A stretch of DNA of 63,857 nucleotides, counting the filler, from Craspedostauros australis (lineage: Eukaryota): assembly GCA_030167865.1 (NCBI GenBank). It is 6 parts of 6 records of this genome, joined end to end, with 100 filler letters (N's around TTAATTAATTAA, not from the genome) between each part and the next. Parts side by side here need not be neighbours in the genome. Positions count along the whole stretch, not along the records: positions 21,336 to 52,422 come from JALAGF010004320.1; positions 52,523 to 57,614 come from JALAGF010004322.1; 4 more parts are not named here. The stretch is one strand, 5' to 3'. This document shows, piece after piece, positions 46,979 through 57,714 of this stretch (within the stretch, counting starts at the first letter, position 1; each line of letters begins with the position of its first letter). The position numbers and the translations under genes were made by a program. Below the pieces are notes generated by a model. That model searched no databases. It had not been told where the DNA came from and saw only the letters and a list, made by a program, of their open reading frames with translations.

Positions 46979-48424
46979 TTACGACTGGCTGCCATTGGGT
47001 GTGACATCAACGGCGTCATCGGTGGCAGAAGTTGGATTGCTTTCCATGAGGACGGCGTACGCGCAGGCTCCGATAATGAGGGTGGCACCGAAGTAATCCG
47101 ACATTCCAAAGGTCTCCCCCAGGGTGATGGCACCCACGAGCGCCGCGATCAAGGGTTCCGTCGTGAGGATGATGGAAGCGTCGGTGGCCGGGACCTTGGC
47201 GAAGGCGATGGATTCTACCCAGAGCGCCAGGGCGGTCGTGACCAAGCCCGTGTAGAGGATGCCGCCCAAAGCGAGGGGAGACGAGATGATGGGCGTGATG
47301 TCCGGGATGCGGAAGGAGAGCTGGGCGAAGTTGTGCATGAGGTTGTCCATCGACGCGAAGGAGGATGGATCGAGCAGCACGGGTCCCAGCTGGAAGGTGA
47401 GGAAGGAGGAGGCCGCGACGACAAGCAGCTTGATCGCGGAGACGGGCAATGCGGCCTGCGGCTTTTTCTCCATGAGCTCCTCGAGGAGGAGGTAGCCCAT
47501 ACCGAATCCGATCGGCTGCGCGAAGGACAGAGCATCACCGATCGTGGGCGCTCCGCCGGCGCCCTGCAGCTCGACAACGGCCACACCGGCAACGGCCAGC
47601 GCAGCCGGCACCAATCGCTTCGTATCGAATTTGGTCTCGGCAGCCGCGCGCTGGACACGCCAGTACTCGGCCAAGGCAGCGACAAAGACGCAGTGCAGAC
47701 TGCAAACGACGCAAGATCGCGATGCGGTGGTCGTGAGGAGACCGAAGGTCTGTCCCAGGTATCCGAATGCCACCCAGGTGCCGCACGTCGCCGCGGTCGT
47801 GATGGTCTTCCAGTCCAGGATGGTGGTCGTTGGCACGTCCTCTGCGTCGGCGATCGCGGCGGAATCGTTGGCCTCGGTGCCTGCGGTTTCTTCGGCAATC
47901 GGGGCGCGGTTGTTTTTGGAGACGATGTTGATCATGCTTGGGACAGTGAGGGCGACAGCCGCAACGGAGAATCTCGTGACAGCGTAGAGGGTGGAGTCGA
48001 CGCCTGGTTCTGCCATGACGAGCTTGGCAGCCGCGAAGTTGGATGCCCAGAGAGCGCAGAGTATGAGGATGACGCCCCTCCACGCCAGCGGTTCGAACCA
48101 TCCCGGCATGGAGGAGGACTGCATGCTGGAGGCCAGGTTCGCAGTGTCAGCGTCCTCCTCAACGAGGGCGCTGTTGGACGTGGAGACGGAATCATCCTTC
48201 GTGGACGACAGCAAGGACGCTTTTCGGTTGTCATCCGGTTCGAACGATGCAAACAGCGGCTTGGTCTGCTGTGGCGATTGTGCGAGGAATGGTTGAGCGC
48301 TGGAAGGCGGCACTTGTATCCTCCTCGAAGGGGCAGTGAGGAAGGCGGTGCTCTGAGTGGCAAGTACCGTCAGTGCCAAGCACACGGCGCAGAAGAATCT
48401 GCTCGTCGAAATGGAGATTGTCAT
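46979..48424 (-). CDS. EamA/DMT-family transporter, plastid-targeted
   Basis: Presequence ...LATQSTA^FL. LWASNF, GLLTTTASRS, GDALSFAQPIGFG and ATDASIILTTEPL; multiple TM helices. Confidence 0.88.
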   Translation of the reverse strand: MTISISTSRFFCAVCLALTVLATQSTAFLTAPSRRIQVPPSSAQPFLAQSPQQTKPLFASFEPDDNRKASLLSSTKDDSVSTSNSALVEEDADTANLASSMQSSSMPGWFEPLAWRGVILILCALWASNFAAAKLVMAEPGVDSTLYAVTRFSVAAVALTVPSMINIVSKNNRAPIAEETAGTEANDSAAIADAEDVPTTTILDWKTITTAATCGTWVAFGYLGQTFGLLTTTASRSCVVCSLHCVFVAALAEYWRVQRAAAETKFDTKRLVPAALAVAGVAVVELQGAGGAPTIGDALSFAQPIGFGMGYLLLEELMEKKPQAALPVSAIKLLVVAASSFLTFQLGPVLLDPSSFASMDNLMHNFAQLSFRIPDITPIISSPLALGGILYTGLVTTALALWVESIAFAKVPATDASIILTTEPLIAALVGAITLGETFGMSDYFGATLIIGACAYAVLMESNPTSATDDAVDVTPNGSQS

Positions 48425-51400
48425 GATGGATGCTGGTGGTTGCTGACGGTTGCTGATGGTTGGTTGTTGGACGTCGATGCCAATCTCTGTCTCGGCTTCA
48501 ATGTTCGAGCGAGGACGAAAAGCTTGACTGGCTTTGTGTGTTGTGCGAGTCTATGTGACTATTCTATTACAGATGCTGAGGTTGCCAATGCAATTCAGTG
48601 CGATGCAGTGCGATGCAATGTAATGGATGGATCGGTAGATGGATGGATTGTGAGGGTACTTCAACTACTCTATCCTACTTCACGCGGGTGTGGAGGAGTA
48701 TGTCGGTATGATGGAAGCAATGCAAATGCGGCAGTTGGGGAAGAAACCAAAGAAGCGAAGTGCGATGTCTTCTTCTTGCGGCTGTTTGCGCAACTTTTGT
48801 TCCACAGCTCAGTACGTCCAGTTTTGGACCATGTTCGGGTGTGTGCGTGTCATGAGAAACCTTTTTCTGCGTCGTGGTGCGTGGTTTTGTTACTTCTTCG
48901 AAGACGAACGGCACATGACGTCTTTCTGGGCGCTATCGCTGTCCCGTCACCACCGCAATCTTCGCGAACAGACAGCGCGACATGTTGCCAGCACGCAAAA
49001 CTGTTGGTTCAGCTGTGGTTGGCTGACGTCACGAATCTATTGCGACTCTCTGCAACAACTCGTGACGTAGACGAAACCGTGGTTGTGATGGAGTCATTCT
49101 CTGCCCGCCACGTGACGTCAGCATTCGGCGACACTCCACCATCTGGCAATCGCCAAGAAGGCAACTCGCACGGAATCTCTCTTTTCCGGAATCTTGGTTG
49201 ATGGTGGCTGCGAGTTGATTCATGTATTTGAATTCCATCTGTAATAACGTATAATTAACGTACATGGATAAACAAAACAACAACAATTATTGATCTTGAT
49301 TAGAGTCAAGTCGAGGTCCTCATCAACATCAAGGGCCACGCTGGTCTTTTGTGCAGAGAGGATTCCCCTGTCCAGGCCAAGACCACCCTGGCCGTAACAG
49401 AGCCAAACGGCGACAAGAGCGATAGGGCCTAAGCAGCGGCAGCAGCAACTGTTGCACACGTCCTGATGATTTCGGTTTCTCACGCTGTCGAATGCAAGAT
49501 TGTCGACGCGTTGAAAGAGATGCCATAATGTTCGTCATGAGAAAAGCGCAGTCGCTTCCCTGTTGTCAAGGTGACATGCGAGTACCTGCCCGGAATATGA
49601 TTAGAGGACACTTTCGCATTCCAGAATTGGCCTGCTCTCTGGAGTGCTCAACGTGGCGTTGCATTCATCTTGTCGACTCTTCGTTCGTGTTTCTTCGCCC
49701 ACAAAACGCGGCTCCCACTCCCTGAACACAGCATGAGTCTGTCAGTGGACCGGAAACACGATTGCCTCGGCTTCAAGTTGTAGTACATGAAGGACGCACT
49801 CGAATGAGACACAAAGGGTGTTCTTTTGCGTTCTATCAACAACAGCTTGAAGCGACGTTTTGGTGACATTGTGGAGACATATGCATGTTCAAAACGGATG
49901 AGAACAGGTGCTTCCACGGAGCTGCGACAAGAACAGAACCTTTTGCGCTACCAAGGCAACGACGATGATCGGGCGACGCGCTGTGTCAGAATGGAATGGA
50001 AAACTCCAAAGATGTACACACCCACATCTGTGATGACGACACGGTTCCAACTCTCTGACATAAGAGTTGACCAAAGTAAGAGGACAGCAACACCAGCGAG
50101 GATTGTGGCAATCGATCAACATCAAGTACACCGTACACTGTCTTCTATTGTATCCCACATATCCACATATATCTGCGTTTCCGCTGTTTGTGTGCAGATT
50201 CGATGGTTCTGTGTTGTTGGCAGCAGTATCCCACGTTGACATACAACTCGCAATCTGTTGTCACCGATGCCGAAGCGTCGCCGTTCTCTCTAGAGACTGG
50301 GATTAGACAGACATTTATATTACAGTGCATACTGATCGAGGAATCATGCTGTACTCTACACTCCTCGATGCATGCTGTGACGACGAACGAAAAGCATCTC
50401 GCGGCGATCCGATTGGAGTTCTTTCCCCAGAACGGGCCACCCACGCCACCAACATTGTTGTCCCCTGTGCCTGCCCTCCAGAGACACCACGAAGGTGGTT
50501 AGGCCTGGTAGCTTGGGAAGATCGAGGCCCAACTTGCATGCATGTCCCTCGGCCACCACCGGATCGTAGAAAGCACTGGTGCTGGCAAGTGTTGCACAAA
50601 CTATTTCATGTAACACAAGCGTGTATCATGTGGCTAATCTCGGATTTCATGCAGCGCGGCGTGTTGGTACAGAAGATAGTAAAGTACATCGTGGCGGTGG
50701 CAAGCACAATTGCTCTATTCTACTCTTTTGGACTTGATTTCTGTGGTCTGGTCTGGAGTGGATTGGATTGGAGTGAAGAAGGCATCCCAAACACATCTCC
50801 TTGTCCTCGTTGTGTTGCGTTCTGTTCTCTATTTTAGCCTTCGGTAGCATGACACAAACGTGGATCGGGCGTGTTCGCTTCGTACTCCAAGTCAGTCTCA
50901 AAAAGACACCGGAACGTCCCGACTGCCGGCTTTTTGTTCCTCCACAGAAGGGGCTGGATCCGTTGTTTTGTTCTGCATTTGGGTTGTGGAGGTGGCGACG
51001 ATGATTGGCTTGAGGTATGAGTGCGCACGTGGTCTAAATTACCCACGGCGGTTCTCATCAGATGTTCCTCTGTCTTCTTCTTTCGCCGACGTGACGCGAT
51101 GAAACCGGAGAACACGCCGTAAAGTGTGCTCGTTTCATTGCTCATGTGACCACAAACACCAACAACAAAATCTGATCGTGCGTTTGTGCACCCAGACGCG
51201 AACACACCATCGTCTTTTTCGCCACGTCTGCTTCCCAAAACGGAACGGAACCAAGGTATCACCGATGTGGCGATCCTATTCCCCGATCCAAAGCGGCATT
51301 TTGCCATTTCCATTCTCTTGTTCCCACTCACGAACCTTCACTTTGTAGCGTCGGCGGCTTCCACCACCCACCAACACCCACCAACATCCACCAGCGCGCC

Positions 51401-51907
51401 TGATTCCTGTCACACCCGACACGATCACTTAGCGTCAACATGCAATCAGATGCCGGAACAATAACACATTCCGAAGTGGACGGCGCAAGCCAGCCCACCG
51501 ACAACGCACCATCTGCGCCGAAAGCACGATTTTGTCAGTTCAGAATGAGTGTCGGATTGTGGGTGCAAGCATCTCACCCCTCCATCTCTCTTCTTGGCAT
51601 CACGCAGCGTCACACATCTTCGCTCACCGTTCGAGGTCCTCGCGGTTGGTACGCACTCCACTCTGTCCTTCGTGGATTACGGCCCACGATTATCTCTGTT
51701 CTGTCCTGCCCAACTCGAAGTCAACACGAACAACACAACGAAAACACAACAACTCAAACGACACAAGGCGCAATCCGGAGATCCACTTTCTGATCCTCCT
51801 CTCTCATCCTCATAAAAAAATCCCAGTTGACTCAACACAACGAGCTTCACCTGCGCATCAACACCAAACCAGCCACCAACCGCATCAAAGCAAATAAACA
51901 AAACAAG

Positions 51908-52422
51908 ATGGCAGCAGTCGATTCAGGAGCCGCTGTAAGTGATTGCACTATCCAACACGATTGATGGAAGAACTTGACATACACGAAGTCCCCGCGTGCA
52001 TGTGCATTGTATGCGAATGATCAGATGAATGAATGAATGAATGAATGAATGAATTGGATGAATGAAATGATGACAATCCACCGCCTCTCCTAAACTCACT
52101 CTCACCTCATTCCAAATCCCATCATTGCAATCATTCTGCACATCGAAAACAACAACAACAACAATAACGACAACAACAACAACAACGACAACAACAGGGC
52201 GAGTGGAAGAAGTACTCCACCTACGCCATCAACACCGATCCAGACCAGGATGACAAGGCCACAGAGATCAAGCTCTGCAGCTTCGCCCGCCCGCACATGC
52301 GAGCATTCCACTGCTCGTGGTGGTGCTTCTTCATCGCTTTCTTCATCTGGTTCGCCATCGCCCCACTCCTCAGTGAGATCCGTGACGACCTCGGCCTGAG
52401 CAAGGAGGAAGTGTGGACATCC
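51908..52422 (+). CDS. NRT2: High-affinity nitrate transporter (NRT2/NNP family), 5' part only; exons 51908-51934 and 52198->52422, truncated by gap
   Basis: Spliced translation MAAVDSGAA^GEWKKYSTYAINTDPDQDDKATEIKLCSFARPHMRAFHCSWWCFFIAFFIWFAIAPLLSEIRDDLGLSKEEVWTS. PHMRAFH...FFxxFxxWFAIAPL is the NRT2 N-terminal signature. Not present in the ORF track. Confidence 0.93.
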
Positions 52423-52522
52423 NNNNNNNNNNNNNNNNNNNNNNNNNNNNNNNNNNNNNNNNNNNNTTAATTAATTAANNNNNNNNNNNNNNNNNNNNNN
52501 NNNNNNNNNNNNNNNNNNNNNN
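52423..52522. other. Artificial contig linker
   Basis: N44-TTAATTAATTAA-N44. Confidence 0.98.
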
Positions 52523-52686
52523 ACGCACAGTAGTTGCAGCAGCCTCTCCATTCGTACCCTCATTGAGGGATACGACGAGCTCACAAATCAACAGAAGGAT
52601 CAATGCAAAAAGACCAAGTGCAAACCCAAAGAACAAGGCACAACCGCATTCGTCCATCTCCGATCGCTTGAGATCCACCCCTCGCA

Positions 52687-55600
52687 ATGGCGCAAGATCC
52701 CACCCCTGGTGGAGGCAACGCCAAAGATCCGCTCCCAAATCATTGCAAGCGCGACTATGACTTCAGCGTTGATCTGATCAGCAATGCCTCCGACCACATC
52801 GGCTTCCTCAGAGGCTTGCATGCGAACGGCATCACGCTGCAACGCCCAACCGAACGCTCTGCCCACCGGTACAAGCTCTGGTTGGATATGGTGCGCGCCA
52901 TCCACGAAGACTGCGCACGACCAGGCCAAACAAGAGAGCCGCCTAAGCTCATCCCGCCTGCCGATGTGGCGTGGCTGTGGCACTGCCATCGGTTGGCGCC
53001 AATGAGGTACGTTGAATATCTCAAGGAACGCTACGGATCCAGCGGCTTCATCTTGCTCGAGGCCAATCCACCATTCGACTTTCAGACCGAGAATGGCACG
53101 GATGGTGCGCAATCGGCCGCCACCGTCGATGATGACGAGAACACGCGGCAGCTGTGGAACAGACACCATCCAACCGAGCCGTTCTTCCTTTCGGAATCAT
53201 CGTGGTCTCATGCCAACGAGTCGCAGATCATGGAAAGGGGACCGGAGAGTCCCAGCACCCCGACCTCCCTGCTATCGGGCTTTGATGTCATTGAGAGCGC
53301 GGAGCGTCAATCCACGTTCCTCTGGCAAGTCTCGCAACCGAACTTCTTCAAGGATGGATTCCTGCGACAAGGACTGGCGCAGTACACCAAGTTCCTGCAG
53401 CTCCGCCGCATTGCCAACACCAAGCAAGTCACAATCGTCCCAACCTACCAGATCGACTTGTTCTGGCACACGCACATCCTCGCCAACATGCAGGGATACT
53501 TCGACGACTGCAAGCAGCTGTTGGGCTACATCCTGCATCACGATGACTCGCTGACCGATCGTTCCGAAGGTGGCGTGCTGGACACGTCGTTCCGCGAAAC
53601 TCAAGAGCTGTGGCAGGAGCACTACGGCGAAGCATACAAGTGCCCCGGAGGCATGTACCGCGGGGAGCCGCCCAAGACATTCTACCATGCCCATTGGCCG
53701 CAGCAGCTCCGTGAACAGATCGAGTGGGAGCAAGGTGTCGGTCCCTACATCAACATGATCCATGTGCAGGGTGCGACCTCCACCAACCCTGACTCCAAAT
53801 TCAACACGAGCAACGCCCTTCCCGTTTGGCAGTACAAGTCTGACGGCGGCGTCTGGATGGACTATGGTGCCGCGGAACGTGACAACATCAATGCTGCCTA
53901 CAGCACAAACCCAACCGACCAGTCCTTCCATTTGGAGACGGATCGTCACACGCTCATCATCGACTTCGAACAAAATGTGCAAGTCAACCACAGCACACAA
54001 AAGAGGAACACCATCCGACGTCAGCATGTGCTGTGGCAGCACCAACGAGACGGAACCGACATCACGTGGGAGGACTACGCCATCGGCATCCAAGTACTCA
54101 TCGAAGCCGCGCATCAAGAGCAAGACTTTTCCAAGAAAATCTTTGAGGCGAAGATCGGTTCGAAGACCTTCGCGATCGACACGTTGGGAATGACCCAGGT
54201 CGACCTGGGCCACAAGGATGCATCCCCATCCAAGATACGCCGTCAAACCCAAGACACCGTTTCGGTTGCAACGAGCGAAGGATATGGTGGACTCGATCCA
54301 TTGGCCACCGCAGGCGCACAGATTCCTGACACTGCTACCAGTCTCGCTCCTCAAGATGGCGCTATTGATTATACCGCCTCGTGGACCCCGGTGGACGGAA
54401 CCACCAAGGATGGTAAGCCAGGCTTTGTGGCAGCCGGTCCAAAGACGACACGCCCAGACCTTGGTAACCCACCCAGGGATGACTACATCTTCGACAACGG
54501 TAGTTTAGGTGTGGGATACTACCATCAAACGACCAACGATGCGCAATACATCCTGCTGAAGCGGGTTTCCCAAAAGCGAGCCCGCCTGGAAGACGATCGA
54601 GGCACCATTATGTGCGTATCCATCCTTTGCTTATGTGGTCTGCCGCTTTGTCTTGGTGCCACAAAGGGCATATCTCAGGAGATTGCAGCGTTGGATGCAC
54701 TTGCGACAGCCATTCGGGTCCGAGTGAAATCTGCTGGACCCAGTGCTCCCATCGCACTCCCTTCCAATGTCACAAGTCGACTCTACAAGGAAAATAGGGT
54801 CGATGTCATTGGTCAGGCGTACGACGCCAAGCGGTGGAACGCACTCTTCATGGGCGCTGCTGGTAAGTTTTCGTATCCCTTCCATCTATCTTGGCACGCC
54901 CAACGATTTCTCGGTTCTCGACAAAGTCTGGTGGTGTCTCCGGTTGGTCGATTTGTGCAAATGGCTCGCGATATCGGTTGTGTTGCTCTGCCTCACCAAA
55001 TGTGCAACGCCAGGAAATGAATATGAATCGAGTGGAACAGTGGTGCTCGATGCAATCTGCGGTGGTATAGTGGTACGTGTATGCATGCGTCTCAAGTCGG
55101 CGTCACTAACCTTCTTCTTCTTCTTCTTCTTCTTCTTCTTCCTGTGATTGCTTTCCTCGTCCCATGATCAACTGTCCGATCACTGTCATACTGTCGTATG
55201 CACACACACACACCCGTTTGTGTCTTTCGTATTCATGCATCCCGCACACACTTCGAGTATAGCCTGTGGTGCTGTTGGCGCAGGCCATCAGATGTCTGGC
55301 GTAAATCGTGGTGGCGGTACGACGAGTTATGGGAATACGGGTGGTTACTACTACGGGTATGGCAGTAAGTGCGATGCATGCACAGGCAAGCATGAGCCCC
55401 GTATCGGAACGAACTGTGCCGATTCAAGCAGCGACAACTCGTGCTGCACATCAAGAATCTGGACGTTCACGAAGCCTCACCTCGCACCGAAGCTTGCTAT
55501 TGCGTGGCTTGGTACAACATTGTTGCAGACCGCACTCTTCATCGTGGTTGCGTCGAGGTCGGACGGCAGAAGTTCCTCTTGTTTGCAAGTTTGGCGGATT

Positions 55601-56585
55601 GCGAATGCCGAAGTATAACATGTCTTGTTGTTGAAGCTAACTCACCAGCTGCGCTTATACTCGTATGCACTGCATGCCTGTTGCTTTCTCTTGTGCTATC
55701 CGTCTTCTTCGCAACGAAACAAACAACAGTGCACCATGGTGGTGGCGGCGGTGATGGTGGTGGCGGCGGTGATGGCGGCGGCGGCGGTGGTAAGTTGTCA
55801 GATGGGGTATTCTGGACACTGAGATGAATGCTTCACTTGTGGGATGATGAACAGCGAAATATGAAGTTCACGCTCGTGCTCACACTCACACTGATACGTC
55901 TCACGGACGTGCTGTCTATCTGGTTTCTGATCGATCCGTCGCCCCTGCAATTATGAAAACCAAATGAACAACCAAATGAACAACCAAATGAACGAACGAA
56001 CGTACAAAAAAGGAGGCTGCGGTGGTGGAGGAGGATGCGGCGGTGGAGGAGGATGTGGTGGTGGAGGAGGTAAGCTTTCCGCATGATACGGCAGCCACGG
56101 AGTAAACACGCTTTCGTACAGATACCTGACAGGGATGCTTCTGTTTGCTTCGATTCTCACTCACTCATTCACTTGCTTTGTTCGCTCCTTTCAACTCTGA
56201 CCTTCTACGTCATGTTGGATGTACAACTCTCTACTGAACCACTCTTATCACAATCGTACTCCAATTCAATTCTGGATGTGGAGGATGATGATGATGTACG
56301 TGGTGCCAAGAGCCATACTTGTTTCGCACTTGCGCACACTGTCTTGTTGTGATCTCGCTTCTCTCTGATGCTCTGCGGGTACGGATATACTCGCAACATG
56401 CACAGGGTACCTGCATCCGCTGTTGATGGATCGTATGGACTTCGCAATGATCTGTACCTCATCTCATAACTTCACCCTTCCACTTCGCTCTGCGTTGACG
56501 TACATACTGCACTGTATCCGCTCTTCTCCCTGTGACATCAAATTTGGCTCTGCCTTTCTTCATCACAGGATGCGAAGGCGGTTAG
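52687..56585 (+). CDS. Glycine-rich-domain (GRDP/DUF1399) protein with two WWE-like domains, a hydrophobic helix and a Gly/Cys tail; predicted exons 52687-54862, 55263-55364, 55730-55789, 56013-56069, 56569-56585 (~803 aa)
   Basis: LIPPADVAWLWHCHRLAP, VPTYQIDLFWHTH and HHDDSLTDRS are GRDP motifs. VWQYKSDGGVWMDY...IDFEQNVQVN...TIRR and LWQH...WEDY...IDTLGMTQVD...KIRR are WWE-like. Four phase-1 GT-AG introns give a tail ending GGCGGGGGCGGGGGCGGGGGCEGG*. Confidence 0.8.
55111..55141. repeat. (CTT)10 microsatellite, intronic
   Basis: Directly visible. Confidence 0.9.
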
Positions 56586-57614
56586 ACCAGGCGATGTCCT
56601 CTCCTACTCGGTCCATAAACTCCATGAGAGATTGGACGAAGTGAACGAAGGGTCATGGGTGAGTCTGGGCTGTTATCATTGGCATTCTTTGTGAGACCCT
56701 TTCATGGTGCGTTGGTCAGAAGTTCTTTCTCGAGTACATCATGTGCGAGCAAAGCAAGAGGGCTCTTTGAGAACGGATGGAGCCTTGGAGTACACTCCCA
56801 TCTCAGCAACACTCGTGCGTAGAGGAATCACGGTGGCGGACGCATCCTGACTCTCCACTGCCGAGCGGTTGCTGGCCCTACATGTTTGGAGATTGGCATG
56901 AAACATCGCTGGAAAGTTTCGAAACTCTTTTCATCTCACAATTTCTACGCAGCCCATCCGCGACGATCAATCAACAACATTCGAGATGGCGCGGATGCGA
57001 CGCAGACTGATCGAAAAGTAGAGTTGGACAGAGTACCATAATGTAGTCGATCGTAAGGTGATAGTTATCTGTTCTCGCATGGTGTGCGAACAACTCTCAT
57101 CTTATGTCCATTGTGGAACGATCATCGCTGCGTGATTCGTCGCGGAATGTCTATCGTGGGCGCATGTAAGTACAGACGACAGTGCTGGGTCTTTGTCTTC
57201 TTCGTACGATTATCCCTCTCTTGACAGCAACATGGCAAGATCGGCGAGCATTCTCAATGCCTGGGAAGAACCGTCACGCAGATAGATGGTGTGGCACACA
57301 CGAGGCATGGTTTGATCAGGCAACTCCTCTTCTGGGTTCCGTTGTGAGAGGGTTCCTCCTTTTAGCGTTGGGGCTCCGCTCGCTGCTGGTGAAGAGGCAA
57401 GCATGAGGCGTGATTGTCTGTACACTTGCGGAGCTCGATTTGGTGCGCGTCCTCTGCGAAAGTGGCAGATCCGATGGAAGGGGAGAACGTCATCGGGTGT
57501 TTGGTCTGTACGACCAAGAAGACTGATTTGTACCATGTGATGAAAGTCTGATACGGCAGTGCACGCCGACGCTCTGGATATATGAGTACATGCGATTGTG
57601 TGTGCGTATGTGTG

Positions 57615-57714
57615 NNNNNNNNNNNNNNNNNNNNNNNNNNNNNNNNNNNNNNNNNNNNTTAATTAATTAANNNNNNNNNNNNNNNNNNNNNNNNNNNNNN
57701 NNNNNNNNNNNNNN
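57615..57714. other. Artificial contig linker
   Basis: N44-TTAATTAATTAA-N44. Confidence 0.98.

Noticed and set aside
46781..49201. 806-aa plus-strand ORF
   Set aside because: Mostly antisense to the EamA gene, non-ATG start, no coherent protein features.
48700..51800. Numerous 60-170-aa ORFs in the EamA-NRT2 spacer
   Set aside because: No motifs or coding-like bias recognised; a small spliced gene cannot be excluded.
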